Position numbers and translations under genes: made by a program. The notes under the pieces were generated by a model. That model was not told the DNA's origin. It worked only from the letters and a program-made list of their open reading frames with translations, and did no database searches. A stretch of DNA of 64,000 bases from Girardia tigrina (Eukaryota): positions 1-64,000 of the forward strand of contig MQRK01249636.1 of NCBI GenBank assembly GCA_001938485.1, given 5' to 3'. Positions within the stretch are counted from its first letter, which is position 1; each line of letters begins with the position of its first letter. Positions 38,001 to 52,500 of this stretch are shown here, one piece after another.

Positions 38001-41000
38001 TCATTTATTAAGAATTTAAATTTATACTTTTTTTGTTAAATTTAAATTAAATTTCTTGAACAAGAAACAATCCGACAATTTGTCACAAAGTTTTTGTTGT
38101 ATCTTTTATTAAATTTCCATAAATTTAATCTTTTCTCAATTACGTTTCCCCAATCTATAAAATAAAATTTTCATTTCGTTTTCATAATCGTTTAAAAATT
38201 ATTTTTAGATTTTGTAAAATAACGTTTTAAAAATAAAATTAAAATCGCAATTTTCGTTTAATCTAACAACTTTAAATTACTCTTTTTTTAGATAAAATAA
38301 AATTATATTTTCAATAATAATTACGTTTTTAGTTCAATTAAACAACTTTTAAATTACCTTTCCATTTCGATGAAAATATACTTTTTAAAATAAATAAGTT
38401 ATATTTCTTAAAAAATTGAAAATTATATTTGTAATTGTCTTCATTTAATCATTTTTTTATGAGAGTTATATTTTCCTTTTGTCTTAAAGCAATTATATTT
38501 TAATTTAAAATTTATGAATTAATATCATTTTTGATTTTGTTTTATATTTACACAAAAGTTACAAAATAATTTTCTAGTTTATTTATTATTTCCCAAAAAA
38601 TAAATTTAACGTTTCATGTAAAATTAAAATTTACTTTATTAATAAATCTATTTATTGGTATTATGTTAAACATTAATAATATTATTAATAAAAAATATTT
38701 TTTATAAAAACAACCACGTTTTTCAAGCATTACCAATGCACTAAAAAGAGGAAAATAATTTTTTTCTAGACATGTGAGAAATTTTATACCNNNNNNNNNN
38801 NNNNNNNNNNNNNNNNNNNNNNNNNNNNNNNNNNNNNNNNNNNNNNNNNNNNNNNNNNNNNNNNNNNNNNNNNNNNNNNNNNNNNNNNNNNNNNNNNNNN
38901 NNNNNNNNNNNNNNNNNNNNNNNNNNNNNNNNNNNNNNNNNNNNNNNNNNNNNNNNNNNNNNNNNNNNNNNNNNNNNNNNNNNNNNNNNNNNNNNNNNNN
39001 NNNNNNNNNNNNNNNNNNNNNNNNNNNNNNNNNNNNNNNNNNNNNNNNNNNNNNNNNNNNNNNNNNNNNNNNNNNNNNNNNNNNNNNNNNNNNNNNNNNN
39101 NNNNNNNNNNNNNNNNNNNNNNNNNNNNNNNNNNNNNNNNNNNNNNNNNNNNNNNNNNNNNNNNNNNNNNNNNNNNNNNNNNNNNNATTGTCATCGGAAG
39201 GAAGCCTGATTAAAACTTCATTCATGAAAATAAACGAAACGATTGCTATTTAATACAGTGTATAAATTTGTAGATAATCGTAAGTGGTTTTTTGCAAAAA
39301 AAAATAGAAAAAATTATTTTTTTCCAAAATGTTTTTTATAATATTGTATTGTCATTGGAAGCAAGCCTGTATAAAAAAATTCAGCTCAATTGGATGACTG
39401 AAAGTGGTCGAAAAATCAATCGCAAGATTTGTTCCAGACAGACAAACAGACAAACAGACAAACAGACAAACAGACAAACAGACAAGAAAGCAAGCTAATA
39501 AAAACGTGGTAAAAATTAGTTTTAAATAAATTACTTTTTACGTTATTTTATAAAAATCTTATTTTAACTCAATCTAAAAAATCTACTTTTCGATATGTAA
39601 TTATTTAATTATTAAATTGATTAGATTTTAAATTCGAAAATTTTATAAACTCCAAAAACTCTCCTAACAACAGACATTGTCACAAGTTTTTCATAAAAAG
39701 GAAGTATCTTAGGGAATGGTCATTGCATTATAATTGATTCTTTATGAGCATTGATTTAATATTTTTGAAGATTTAACTTTGTGTTATATTTATATTTTTC
39801 TTCGTGAAAGAAGATTACAATTATTTAACTTTTGTAAAAATAAATAAAAATTGATCTGAAAATCTAATTTCTTATTATTGATACATTTATATTAAAAATA
39901 ATCTAAGGGATATCGCCCAATAGTATAAATCTAGAATTTAAAATATCTATAATTCTTTATTTATTAACGACATCCAAACATATTACATCATCATTATCAT
40001 TTAAACAATCTACACCCTTATCATATAAATCTTCGCCAGAAATATACTAGTAGCGGATTTATTTCGAAAAGCTGTCTATTATACACATTATGCTTCACTA
40101 TATACCAATCCTCATGGTTAGACTAAGTCCTGGTGATATTTTTGAGTATTATGTGGTTTCAGTTTTCAATTCATTTAAAGATTCTCCGACCCATGAATTA
40201 AGCAATTCCTTCGAAGGTGGTTTTGGATAACTATTTTTGGTATAAACAATAATGTTGTTAAATTGGTAGTTCGTTTCAGTCTAAATCCTTTTCTTTTTAA
40301 AAAAAACGAATTTTAGAAAAACAGGCCCCAGTATGTGTTACAATTAAAATATTGTTTTTAACTAATAAAATTTCTAATCATTTTTCTAATAAATCTAAAA
40401 CACAATTGGGTATGAAAGCAAATTTAGTTTACCAACATAAATGTCACAAGTGTGAATCCTTGTACATTGGAGAGACAAATCATCACCTCCGTACTAGAAT
40501 TGCAGAAAGTTATTGTTTATAGGAAGATGATCATTACGTCACCGTTTATTACGTCAAACTACTCTAATATGATTGGACGAATCACTTTGCACATTTAAAC
40601 TAGGTTTACAAAACTGTATCAAGAGTGCTTTAGTAATTTTCCTTTCATAATTGTGATCAAAGTTACTAATCAAAACCCGAAAATCATTATCAAATACCCT
40701 CCTCTGAGTTCCACATACTCAATCAAGTAGAAAAAGCTCAATTTTGACCACATAGTGAAATGTCATAGAACCGGGCTGGTCGACCAACTGTTACATTAAC
40801 ACCGATTTCGAGGAATTTCGTCAGATTTTTAGGACTATACTAATAAAATATTTATTTAATTGATAAATGACGATTTCTATCACTTATTTACTAATTATTT
40901 TGTTAAAAATCAATTTAGCTAATTTTCGGTATTAATAATAATATCAACATTTCATTTATGTAGGATTAACGTTAGGGGTTAGAGTTAGTGTTTAGGTAAG

Positions 41001-43479
41001 CTTTAGGTTACTTTTTTTTAAAAATACGTTCAATCATTATCTTTTTTACTTTACCGAATGCGACTTTAGTAGATGCATTTTCAGAGACTTTTTGATGTCA
41101 AGATGTTTGTACAACACTAACACTATGAGCATATTTTTATTTCCAAGAAAATTGGTTACTACTAACTTGAATGCTATCGAAACATTCTTTTTCTGAAGCA
41201 AATGTAGAATGTCTTGAAAGTGTTCATCAGCTGTGATTTATTCTATTTTCAATGATGTTTGCCATGAGTTTTCAGGACTTCATCATAAATTCGTCACAAT
41301 GTAAATAACTTTTACTAATGGACTTTGTCATTTAATTTGATTATATTTTGCATTAAAGATAAGTCAAAATTCAGACGTTTGAAATACATGAGAGTGAGAA
41401 ACACTTATTACTTGAATAACAATATTTTCTGTAAATTATAAATTATAAATAATATTTAAAATTTTTTCTTTTAAGTACCACATGGTTTACTTTGAAGATC
41501 CATTATATTATATTAAAAGAACACTTATATGGACTATTTGTCTTTTTTACAACTATTATTATACCTTACTGATTCAATGAAAATAATATTATTTATAACA
41601 TTTACTTGATTCTTTTTCGAGGTTTTAACTTTTTCGAATTTATATTATGTATTTTTCTACATTTCCAATATACTTTTTGTATTTTAAATGACCTTGCCTT
41701 TAAAAGCAACCCATACTTAAATGACATCATAAAATATCGTTAACAAATTGTTGAATTTCAAATTGTAATTTTGACATTACAATTCGGAACGTGGATAAAA
41801 AAAAGAGTTCAAATGATGAGTTAGATAAAATATCATCTCGCCAAATAATTTATTGAGAAAAATTAAATTTAATATTATTGTGAGGAATATTTTAAATTTG
41901 GTATGTTGAAATTAGTTTGTTGAATTTTGTATGTTGAGTTTAGTATTTGGAAATGTGTTTCTCCCACCCAGATGGAAAATTGATAATTTGGATGTTCACG
42001 ATAAATAATTATTCGAGTATAATTTGCATTTTAAAGTACAGCATAAGATATTTAAAAAACTTTAAAAATATTAAATCTTTTCAAATTTTCATATTAAAAT
42101 TTAAATAAAATAAATATCTTTTAACTAAGTTTTGAATTAATTAAATGTTCTTTCTTTATATAAAATCATTTTTTTAAATAAAATTAATATGTAGATAAAA
42201 TTATTACTAAAATTACAAAATTTGAACTTTAAAAATAAAATCAGAAAATAATGAAAAATTTGTTCGAATAATTGTTTATTAACAAACATTAACTAAAATT
42301 TATCAATTTAGAACGATGTCGAATGACGAGAGTTTTGCTGAGAGTTGTCCAAAAGACAATTCTAATTGTATTGAAAATAAAAGTTCGAAAAGCCATGTTG
42401 GTGTTCTTGATAATTATATTTAAAAAAATTTACAAACAAACTAAATTCAAAAATTCCGAGACCCTATATAAAATTTTTAAGAAAAAGGACAATTTTATAT
42501 AACAAAAATTTCAACATGTTAATTCAAAATTTTTAAGTGTTTATAAAAATAAAAAAATGTAACTTACGTGGTGTATTCAATAAGAACCCGACCTAAAGTT
42601 AAAAAATGTAATAGCAAATTTTAGTTTTTGGTGTGATTAAATAAATTAATATAGGTTTTAATTTCAGTAATTGTTTTATTTTATTTAAACGTATTAAAAG
42701 TTTTATTGCATCATTTTTAATTTTCGTCAGAGCAATGATTTCAAACATCGAATATCGCTGTGTTATCAAGTACTTAGTGTTGCAGAAAAAGATGTGCAGT
42801 TAAATCTACGATTTTTTGCAGTCAACCTACCTACATAATAATCACTAACTGTTAAATATTGAGTCAGAGAGTTTAAAGGTGGTTGTACCTCTGTTTTTGA
42901 TCAATAAAAATTAGTTCGGCCACAAGAAAGTTTTGATACTTTGATAAAAAACTGAAGAAGATGGTCCAAGACGTGCATCGAATGACGATGAAAATGCTGT
43001 CAACGAAGATCAACAACAGTGTTGGTATATCCACGCCAAATTGAAATTCACAGTTATCAGAAAAGTTTGCTCGAGATTCTTACCCCACTTCTTGATTGTG
43101 GAAATGATGCGAAACTACTTTGAGTGAAGTCAGAAAAAATTGAACCTGAGGGATTATCATGATGAGACTTTCTTCGCAAATTTGATTACAAAGGATAAAA
43201 TCCCACTCAGTATGTATTTACCAGAAAAAAAGTGATCGAGGAATTCGAAAAATTGATCGAACTTAAGCAGAAATAAGCAAAAAAGAATGGGTTTAAAAAA
43301 GTTAAAAGATTCAAATTAAATTTAAAAACTGATGTTTTCTTGAGTAAATCAGGCCACTGCAGTAATCTTCAATGATGAGATTTTGATCCTGAAACACGTA
43401 GTCTTATTTTTATCCTTTCTATATAGATTTTTGGATATATATATATATATATATATATATCCATATATATACTTTTTGA

Positions 43480-43515
<36 letters not shown>

Positions 43516-46500
43516 GTAGAGAAAATTTGTATTTTCATGTTTAATAACTTACTATATGATTTAGCTATGCCGTTTGCGTTTTGTACCAGAGAAAAGTTAC
43601 CTTGGTCGGAATTTGCTGAGTGTGTTCCTGATGGTTTAACAACTGAATTTTTAAGAAATGTATTTTCAAGTTTTTTTTATTTTAAATATATTATTTTAAT
43701 TATTATTCATATAAATATTTTTTAAAATGACCACAAATAATTTTTAAAAGTCAAAAAACGTTCGTCAAAAGATATTGTAATCAATTTCGACGGATCAAAC
43801 TTCATCATCAGACTAAATTAACAATGATATATTAGTGCTTTTATATCAAAAAAATGCTTATGTAATTATTATGTACTTTATAAATCATGAAAATACTTAA
43901 AATAAAGTTGAATAGGATGTTGTTTGCACAATGATTTTAGGATCAAAGGATTTGATCAACAATGCTTCACACATAACCCTCTCCCAGTAATTATCAAATT
44001 GTGAACACAAAATATTAAAATTACTTACGTCAAATTTATTATTGAAACAGTTCTTCCTATGTTGAGTATATAACTATCACTTTCCCATCGATTATGTTCC
44101 TGAATTCATTTACAGAGATGACGAAAAATCTCTCGATGTATATGCGTCACACCTATTACATTTATATTGATAAACTAAATTGGAACATAAAGCAGTTGGA
44201 GTAATAAATTTACTACTGAAAAAACTTCATATCTTACATGATCGAGAAACAATATTTAAATTTCATAAATTATTTTCGTCATGTTTCATAATAGACCGCC
44301 AAATAGACCGGTTCCCAATTTTATTAAATAAAAAAATTAAATAAAAAAGTCCGGCGCCAAAAAGTCATGATTTCCATTTTCATAATTTATATGTAAACTA
44401 GAAAAATGTCTTTCGAGATTTCTTTTTTTGGGTAAGGCGACTGTAGCACGATCTAGCAAACAAAGGAATTTATTTCTGTACATAGTGAAAAAATAAAGTT
44501 CTTCCAATCCATAAGGGAAATGATGTTTTTTTTATTCATTCTTTTAATCTAAAATTTAAATTTTGAATAAATATTTAAATATAATATATTTAAAAAAAAC
44601 AAACAGAATCTAAAAAAATAGATCAATTTCAAATACACGAATTAATACCAAATCTTCAAATCTTCAAATAAAATCCAATATTATTTTTAATTTAAACTTT
44701 AAATTCAAAATATTTAATATACAACAATAAATTTACTTGAGCAAAAAAAACCGTAAAAATAAAATTTAAATTTATCTAAAAAACGTCTGCGATCTACAAT
44801 TGAACAACTCACAATCGACCCTTTGCTCACCGCTCTACTACAATTACTGAAATAGTAAATTTAATTAATGGAAGTATTATGAAAAATGTATATGAAGAAT
44901 AAGAGAAGAAAGAAATTTTAACTCAAAATCATTTTATCAAACCAATATGTATGAAAGTGAGAAGTGAATAAGAACTAATATTGAATATGATCGGTTTGAG
45001 AAGGCGGTGAAGACAAATACGCTCAGTACATTGATAGTAACCACGGAGGAGCAAAATCAATATGAGAAAGCAAAATTAATGGATAAAGGAAGGTACTGAG
45101 TTCCAAATCGGAGATCTAGTTTGGCAATTGACAGATGGAATCGGGAGATGGAAGTGGTCACCTGGAAGAGTAGTTGAGCTATTTTCTGGACTAAATGACA
45201 TAAAAGAGATTCTTCAGCCATGGGACGAGTGTCTCTGTTGGAAGTACATGAGTGTTAAAAGAAGAATGGGTAGAAATAGTTGCGAGATTGCTGTGTGATT
45301 TTCAGTCAATGTTGAGATTGTCAGAGTAAGATTTCATGAAATATGGATGATTGAAAATGTGTTTTATGAGAGATGCTTGATTAAATGATGAGTTATGTTG
45401 CACGTTTGAATATTGGAAAAGTTTAGAGGGAGAGAATGAGTCCTGGGTATTACAATATTCAAAGATTTTTAGATTTATTATTGAAGATTTATCAAGTGCA
45501 GAGATTTTTGTTATGGCTGTTTTATTATTCCTTACAAAATTTATGTGGATTTAATCTGTGAGGAGAAATAATGATCTAACTGTATGAAATATTTTGAAAA
45601 TTCATTTATTATTTGCGTGTTTGAGAATTGTATTATGGTCAGAAAGAAAAGATGTCTTATAAAAAGAAAAAATAATTATGTTTTAAGTTTTAAATGTAAA
45701 AAAATAATTATTATAATTATGTAGATTATGTTGTGTAAAAATTCAAAAAAAATAAAAAAAAATAAAGATTTTTGTTTGAACGGTTGGAAAGTTTGGTAAA
45801 GAAAGTTTTTATATATTCGTAAAAGAAATACCTTTTTTTAATGGACGCCTGGTTTTTCTATATTTTTGTAGAATATTGATGTTTGCATCGTGGTTGAGGT
45901 AAAAATTTTAATTTGGTTTATAAAATACATCTTTTTTAAAATCAGCATGATGAAAAGATCCTTAAGAACCTGAAAAAGAACAAAGACATCACTATTTCGA
46001 GATTTGACAAAGGTAATGAAGTCTACATCCAACAAAAATCAATTTACATAGAGAAAATGAATAAAATCATTGAAACAGATAATTTTTGACCAATTACAAT
46101 GTGAAAAAGTGGTTTACCAATACCATTACAGGAAGAAAAACAGTTAAACAAACTAATTAAATCTTTAATTAAAAGCGGTGACATGAATCGATCATTTGAG
46201 AAAACTTTGAAAACCCAAGGCTCCCAACCAGCAAAACTATACGGGTTACCGTCCATAAACCCGCACATCAAATGCACCCAATCTTATCAATGATCGGTAC
46301 CGTCAGATATAAAGTGGCGAAAGTATTAGAAAAATTGATCAAACCATTAATCATTAATCCATTGGAATGTAAGGTGTGCTTTGATTTTGTAAAAAAAATT
46401 CTTGAACCCAAAAACCACTCAGAATAAGAGTACATGGTATCATTCGATATTGTCAATCTGTTTACGAACATTCCACTGGATGAGACTATCAACTTATGTG

Positions 46501-49500
46501 TTGCACGATTGGAGAAACTAATAATAGAAAAATCAAAAAACAAATCTTAGACCTTCACAGCTTTAAGACGCCTTTTGGAATTCAGCACAAAAGATGAGTC
46601 GTTCATATTCAATGACGAATGGTTTATACAAAAAGACGGAGTAGCCGTGGGATCACCTTTAACCCCACTTATGGCTTCAATTTTTCTTTAGAACTTTGAA
46701 AAAAATATGAAAATTACAAAGGGAAACTTCTTATCGTATATACTAGATACGTAAATGACGTATTTCTAGTATTTGAGGAAAGAAAACAAGTGAAAGAATT
46801 CCTCGACTTTATAAAAGCAACTCCGAAATCTCCAAATTGGTCCCGTTAACTTTGAAACTTCAGTACTCAGAGGGGGCTTAGGAATTCAAAAAGGTATTAT
46901 TAAAGAATATCCCTCATGGATTTAAAGCAAGAATTATTTTCACAACAAACAAAACTTCCCGATATTTTACGAACAAATCCAAAACTCCATTATGAATTAA
47001 TGTCAACCTAATTTACCAATTTACATGTCACAAGTGCCATGTACATTGGAGAAACAAACATGTCATCTCCGCACTAGGGTAGCCGAACATTCTCAACAGA
47101 GCAAGAAAACTTCAATTCTGGAACATCTGACGAGATATAAAGATCGGGAAACTGTCAATTGGGAAAGTGAATGCCAAATATTGAACTCGAATTTTGATAA
47201 TTGTAGTGAAAGGATCATCACAGAAGAAATTCTAATAAAGTATTTCGTACCATGATTGAATGTGCTGAATGAGACATCCGATCACATCAATATATATTAA
47301 TTGACATCAATAAATTAATCCAGCAGTTACATAATACCACTTGCATAACAACCAAGCAAGTATAAAAGAAGATTACCGCGTTTTTCCGTGTATAAGACCC
47401 CCTTTTTGTCAAAATTTAATGAACATTTAACGTGAATTTTCAAAAATTAGTAAATATTTAAAATATTTCTCCAACACAAAAGATTTCAATTTATTTTCTG
47501 GAATGAATTAATGTACTTTTTAACCTTTTTACCAAAAATTCACACCCAAAAATAACGGGGGATCTTATACACGGAAAAATACGGTACTTCGCAAACCTCA
47601 AACAGAATACCTGAAGATGCCTGTGAAGGTAAAACATGTAGTCAAAAATAAATCTTATCGATAAATGGCGTTTTTTTATTTATTTCTCTCATTGCCATTA
47701 GAAATTATTGAAAAAAACCTTTATGATATAACTCGATTTAATAATCACCAGTGTCTTACATAAGCCATAAAAATAGTGTTAATTTAGTAATCGATTGTGA
47801 GGAATGTTTTGAATTGTTTGTTGTTTTATATTTTGCATGTTGAATGTTGATTTGGATTGTGTCTCTCCTACCCAGATGGATAATTGGTATTTTCTTTGAT
47901 TCCTACTCATTGAAAATAATTTAATTTTAAAGTAAAAAGATTTAAAATATTTTTCAAATGTAATATTTAATTTCAACCAATTAGAATCTTGATAATTAAT
48001 TAAAATTAATAAATATTTTTTATATATTTTCAAAAATTAGGATGAATTTCAGAAATATATATATTTCAAAAAACATGTCAAATAGTGAAAGTGGTTTGAA
48101 TAATTGTTGTTATGACAATTATATTCGTGATGTTAATAAATGTTCAAAAACTCATATTGACGTTGTATTGTATAATCTGTGAAAATTTATTAAAATGTAT
48201 TTTCCAAAATGGCTTGCGATATTTTTAATGATTTCAAACTGACATTACTTTACAAATTTCTTACAAAATTAAAATTTTTAAATTATTAGACCCCAAATGG
48301 CAATCAAAAAATAAAATACCTTCTTCAAATATGAGAAATTACTTACGTATTAAAATTGAGATAAAACAGAGGAGTGAAAATTCTGGAAATAATTAGTTTT
48401 TATACGATAAATTATTATACATGAAAAACTAACAATATGTGTTTCATTATCTTGGTTAATAAATTTACTGTATTTATAAGATTAATAAATAATTTCTTTT
48501 CAAGCTTGAGATACTAAGAATTTATAATTAATATTTTATTCTAATATGAGTAAATATAAAGTTCTTGAATTATTTAATAGAAAATTGCATGGAACATGAA
48601 GTACACGATGCTTTAATTTTCGGTCAGTCATCTGGGCATGAGTATGTCACAAGGATGTACATTGAATGTACGTATATTCCAATTTTCTATTGATGATAGT
48701 ACTCGACCGATAATATGTTACATTTACGAAGAATTATTATTTTACTCATGAAAAAATGCCTTTTAAGAAAATTTAAAAAAATTCAAAATGTGTACATTTA
48801 TTAAATTATTTAAAATATAGTAAATAATTCACATAGAGTGACCCGCATAAGCAAATCAAAACGGGTTTTAAATTATTCGTCAGAACTCTATTGGATTATC
48901 AAGTTAAAAATTTGATAAGATCTTAACTATGGGATTTCGAAAAAAGCAAGAAGTTTAAAAAAATCTCAAAAACAAAGTTATTTACCCTGTATTGACTCAT
49001 GAATAATAACAGTAGGCACCAATAACCATGACTAATTTCACATTTCTATCAGTTTATACCTTTAATGAAGTTTATCAAGAGAACTTCTTAGTTTTTCCAA
49101 CCTTTATGTCTCATTTGTATGATTGGCGGGCGCATGCACAGAAAATATTTCGGTGGATATTATATTACACAATACTCCTTTTCTTTTTCGAGTGTTTATT
49201 TTTACAGTTAAAAAAATTAGATTAATTATTATTAAAATCATGAAATTGATAATACCATAAGAAATATCACTAATGCAACTTATATCACTTGGTCATTTTT
49301 CATTACTGGCTTCTATAGATAAGAGGATTTCGTTATCTGTAACATGTTTTATGTTTTCAGGAAGAAAAATTTATGTTCTGCTAAACTTATAGGTATTTAA
49401 GATCATAATTTTTCGGGGGCTTTTCCTACATTTTCAAAATATTAATTATTTAGGATAGTTCACAAATTATAACTCAAACACTTTAACTTATTCTTATTAA

Positions 49501-52500
49501 CCATTGATTGGTAAAATCTCGTAAGTATATTTATAAAAAATATTAAAATAAATAAGATTTATTGAATTTCGAAGTTTAATGCTCCATCATCAGCAGTTAT
49601 AATTTAATATTTATTAGTTTTAATTTTTGCTTATAAAACATTTTATAAAACTTACAAATATTAAATTATAATTGCTGATTATGGAGTATACATATATATT
49701 GTGGTTTGGCCGGCTACTCGAATTAGATCCGCTACAAGCATTTAAACTGTGGGGGTCCTGCCACCCGGAAATCCCGTTCGGACGTCGCGTCACAGCTGGA
49801 GAGTAGCTCTGAATCCCCGGTCGTTCTGCTCTATATGATCAACCTAAGTGATGTGACGATTCATGTAAGAGTTGCGCTCCTGTTCGGCTGCGGCACGTCC
49901 TGACTTTTGTGTGGGTTTCAGAATTCTGCTTTGACCACCAGCGTCTCTCATTCTAAATCGTAGAGGATGTCTCGGACGATTTCCTTGGGATAATCGTTTT
50001 TCTCGGCATCATCTTAAGTTCGTTTATGGTGCTTAAGCGGTCCTCAAAAGACAGTTTGTGACATTCATGTTGGTCCAAAACACCATTTTTATTTAAAAGT
50101 TAAAAGTCTTTTTTTAGACGATCATATATTTTTATTCACAATTTTTCAAATTCCCATTTGTTATTTGCAGAGTAAAATAATTCTAACTATTAACAACATC
50201 AATATGAGTTTTGCAACATTTATTATTATCACAAGCGCATTCACTATTTGACATATCTCTTGATCAATAATTTTTCTGAGTTCAAACTAATTATTTTCAA
50301 TAAATGAAAATCTGTTAATAAAAATTATTAATTATCAAGAATCTAATTGGTTAAAATTAAATCTAAACATTTTTTTTAAAAAAAGAACATATTAAATTAA
50401 TATATTAAAATTTTAAATTACATTAAAAAATAAATAATACATTCAAAAATTATTTTAAATCTTTTTACTTTAAAATTAAATTAAATTATTTTTAATTAGT
50501 AAGAATCAAAGAAAATACCAATCATCCATCTGGTTAGGAGAGGCACAATCCGAATCAACATAAAACATGCACAATATCAACACATAATTCAAAACATTCC
50601 TCACATTTGCATTTAACAAAATAAGATCGCAAAAGTTTTTTGAATAACGTGTTTTTACAGTAATATTTAATAAAAATGTTTTTTACCGAATAAAATTGTG
50701 ATCATAATCATATTATAGAATTGGCAGGAGCACCATTATAATTTCTCACCAAAATATAATCACCAATATATAATCTCACCAAATAATTTAGAAAAATTAA
50801 ATAAATAAACTAAATTCAAAAATCTTAAAACCATGTTAAAAATTTATAAGAAAAAAATGCATTTTAAATTTAAAAAATAAAGTATTTCTAATTCAATTTT
50901 TTTCAAAAAATAAAAATTACAAGAAGTAATTTAAAATTGCAATAAATGAATAATTCAAAAATCCAAAAAGTTAAATAAATGTTTGATTGAATTCAACATA
51001 AAAGAAATGTAGACACGTTTTAAAATATTTTTAAATCATACAATTTTAATAATTTTACAACACTTTAAAATGAAAAAAAGTTTAACTAAATAAATCAAAT
51101 TGGGGAAATTAATAACGTATTTTTCAGTTGGCCAAACAACATAAAATGATTATAATCTCTCCCATTCTTGAAAGAGACGAAAGAGAAATTCTGTGGAATA
51201 CCGCTGGTTATTTCTATTATTATTTTATTTCTTTATATTTTAATTTTTAATTGAAATTTGTATTAATTTTATTTGAAATATTAAAATTTTGAGCAGAAAT
51301 CCGATTTTGAAACAAATTTTATGACCCTGCGTTAGAGGGGGTTAAAAGTATCAAAATCAACTCCAGATTCGTTTTACAATTAAAATATTCATAATGTTTT
51401 ACGAAACAGTTAATCCCACACGATTTTTAAAAATTTATATCACTAATTTATTCATAAGATCAATTTTGAGGTATTTGTTAGACGAGGGTTCTGTGTTGTC
51501 GGAAAAGTGATGAGTTCCAATAGCAACAAACTCGTGATTATATATTGTATTACTTGTCTCGACTGGAAAGGAGCTTCGCCGATATCAGCCTCCTAACGGT
51601 GAGATTGAATTTGATACTGTTTTCCACTACTAGAGACCACATAACTAGGCCCCAGCTACTCTGAGATCACTTCAAATAAAGCAATAAAGGTAAACAATAA
51701 CTTTAAGAATATTAGAAATGTTTTATTTATTTTCGTTAATTAAAAGATAGATATAATATAACAAAAATTTAATTTATTCATAATATAAAACTTTAATGAT
51801 ATTTGTTTAATATTGGGTTGGGGAAAAAGAAATCCATTATTTTTGCGTGAAATTCAAAACTTTATTTAAAATGTTTAGGATGGTCCTCATGGACTCAAAT
51901 ATGCACCGTTTTGTTGTATAATTAGTTGCCATTTTGAAGGTAGCTTCATAATGCCTATCTCGTAGAAGTCTTGTTCCTTATTGGTGAAAAACTGTAGTAA
52001 TCGATTTTCACAATCTTCTATTGATCCCAATTTCTTATCACTCTGGAAATTTTGCAATGCGAGAAAAAGGTGGTAATCGCTTGGTACCAGGTCCGGACTA
52101 TATGGTGGATGCATTAAAACTTCCAAACCAAGCTCCCTGAGTTTCTGGCGAGTCAATACAGACGTATGTGGTCTGGCGTTGTCGTGATGGAACACAACAC
52201 CTCTTCTGTTGGCCAATTCTGGTCGTTTCTCATCAATTGCTATCTTCAAACGGTCCAGTTGTTGACAGTACAGATCTGAATTTAGTGTTTGGCCATACGG
52301 AAGCAACTCATAATAAATGATTCCTTTCCAGTTCCACCATATTCACAGTAGAACCTTCCTGGCCGTTAGTCCTGGTTTGGCGACCATTTGAGGTGCTTCA
52401 CATGGCTTTGACAACGATCGTTTTCGTACAATATTGTCGTATGTGACCCATTTCTAATCCCCAGTAACCATCCATTTAAGAAATGGGTCGATTTCATTTC

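Noticed and set aside
40961-41010. Degenerate TTAGGG-like repeats
   Set aside because: Too few and too degenerate to call an interstitial telomere.
51590-51660. Possible tRNA-derived SINE head on the minus strand
   Set aside because: A and B boxes not convincing; no cloverleaf.
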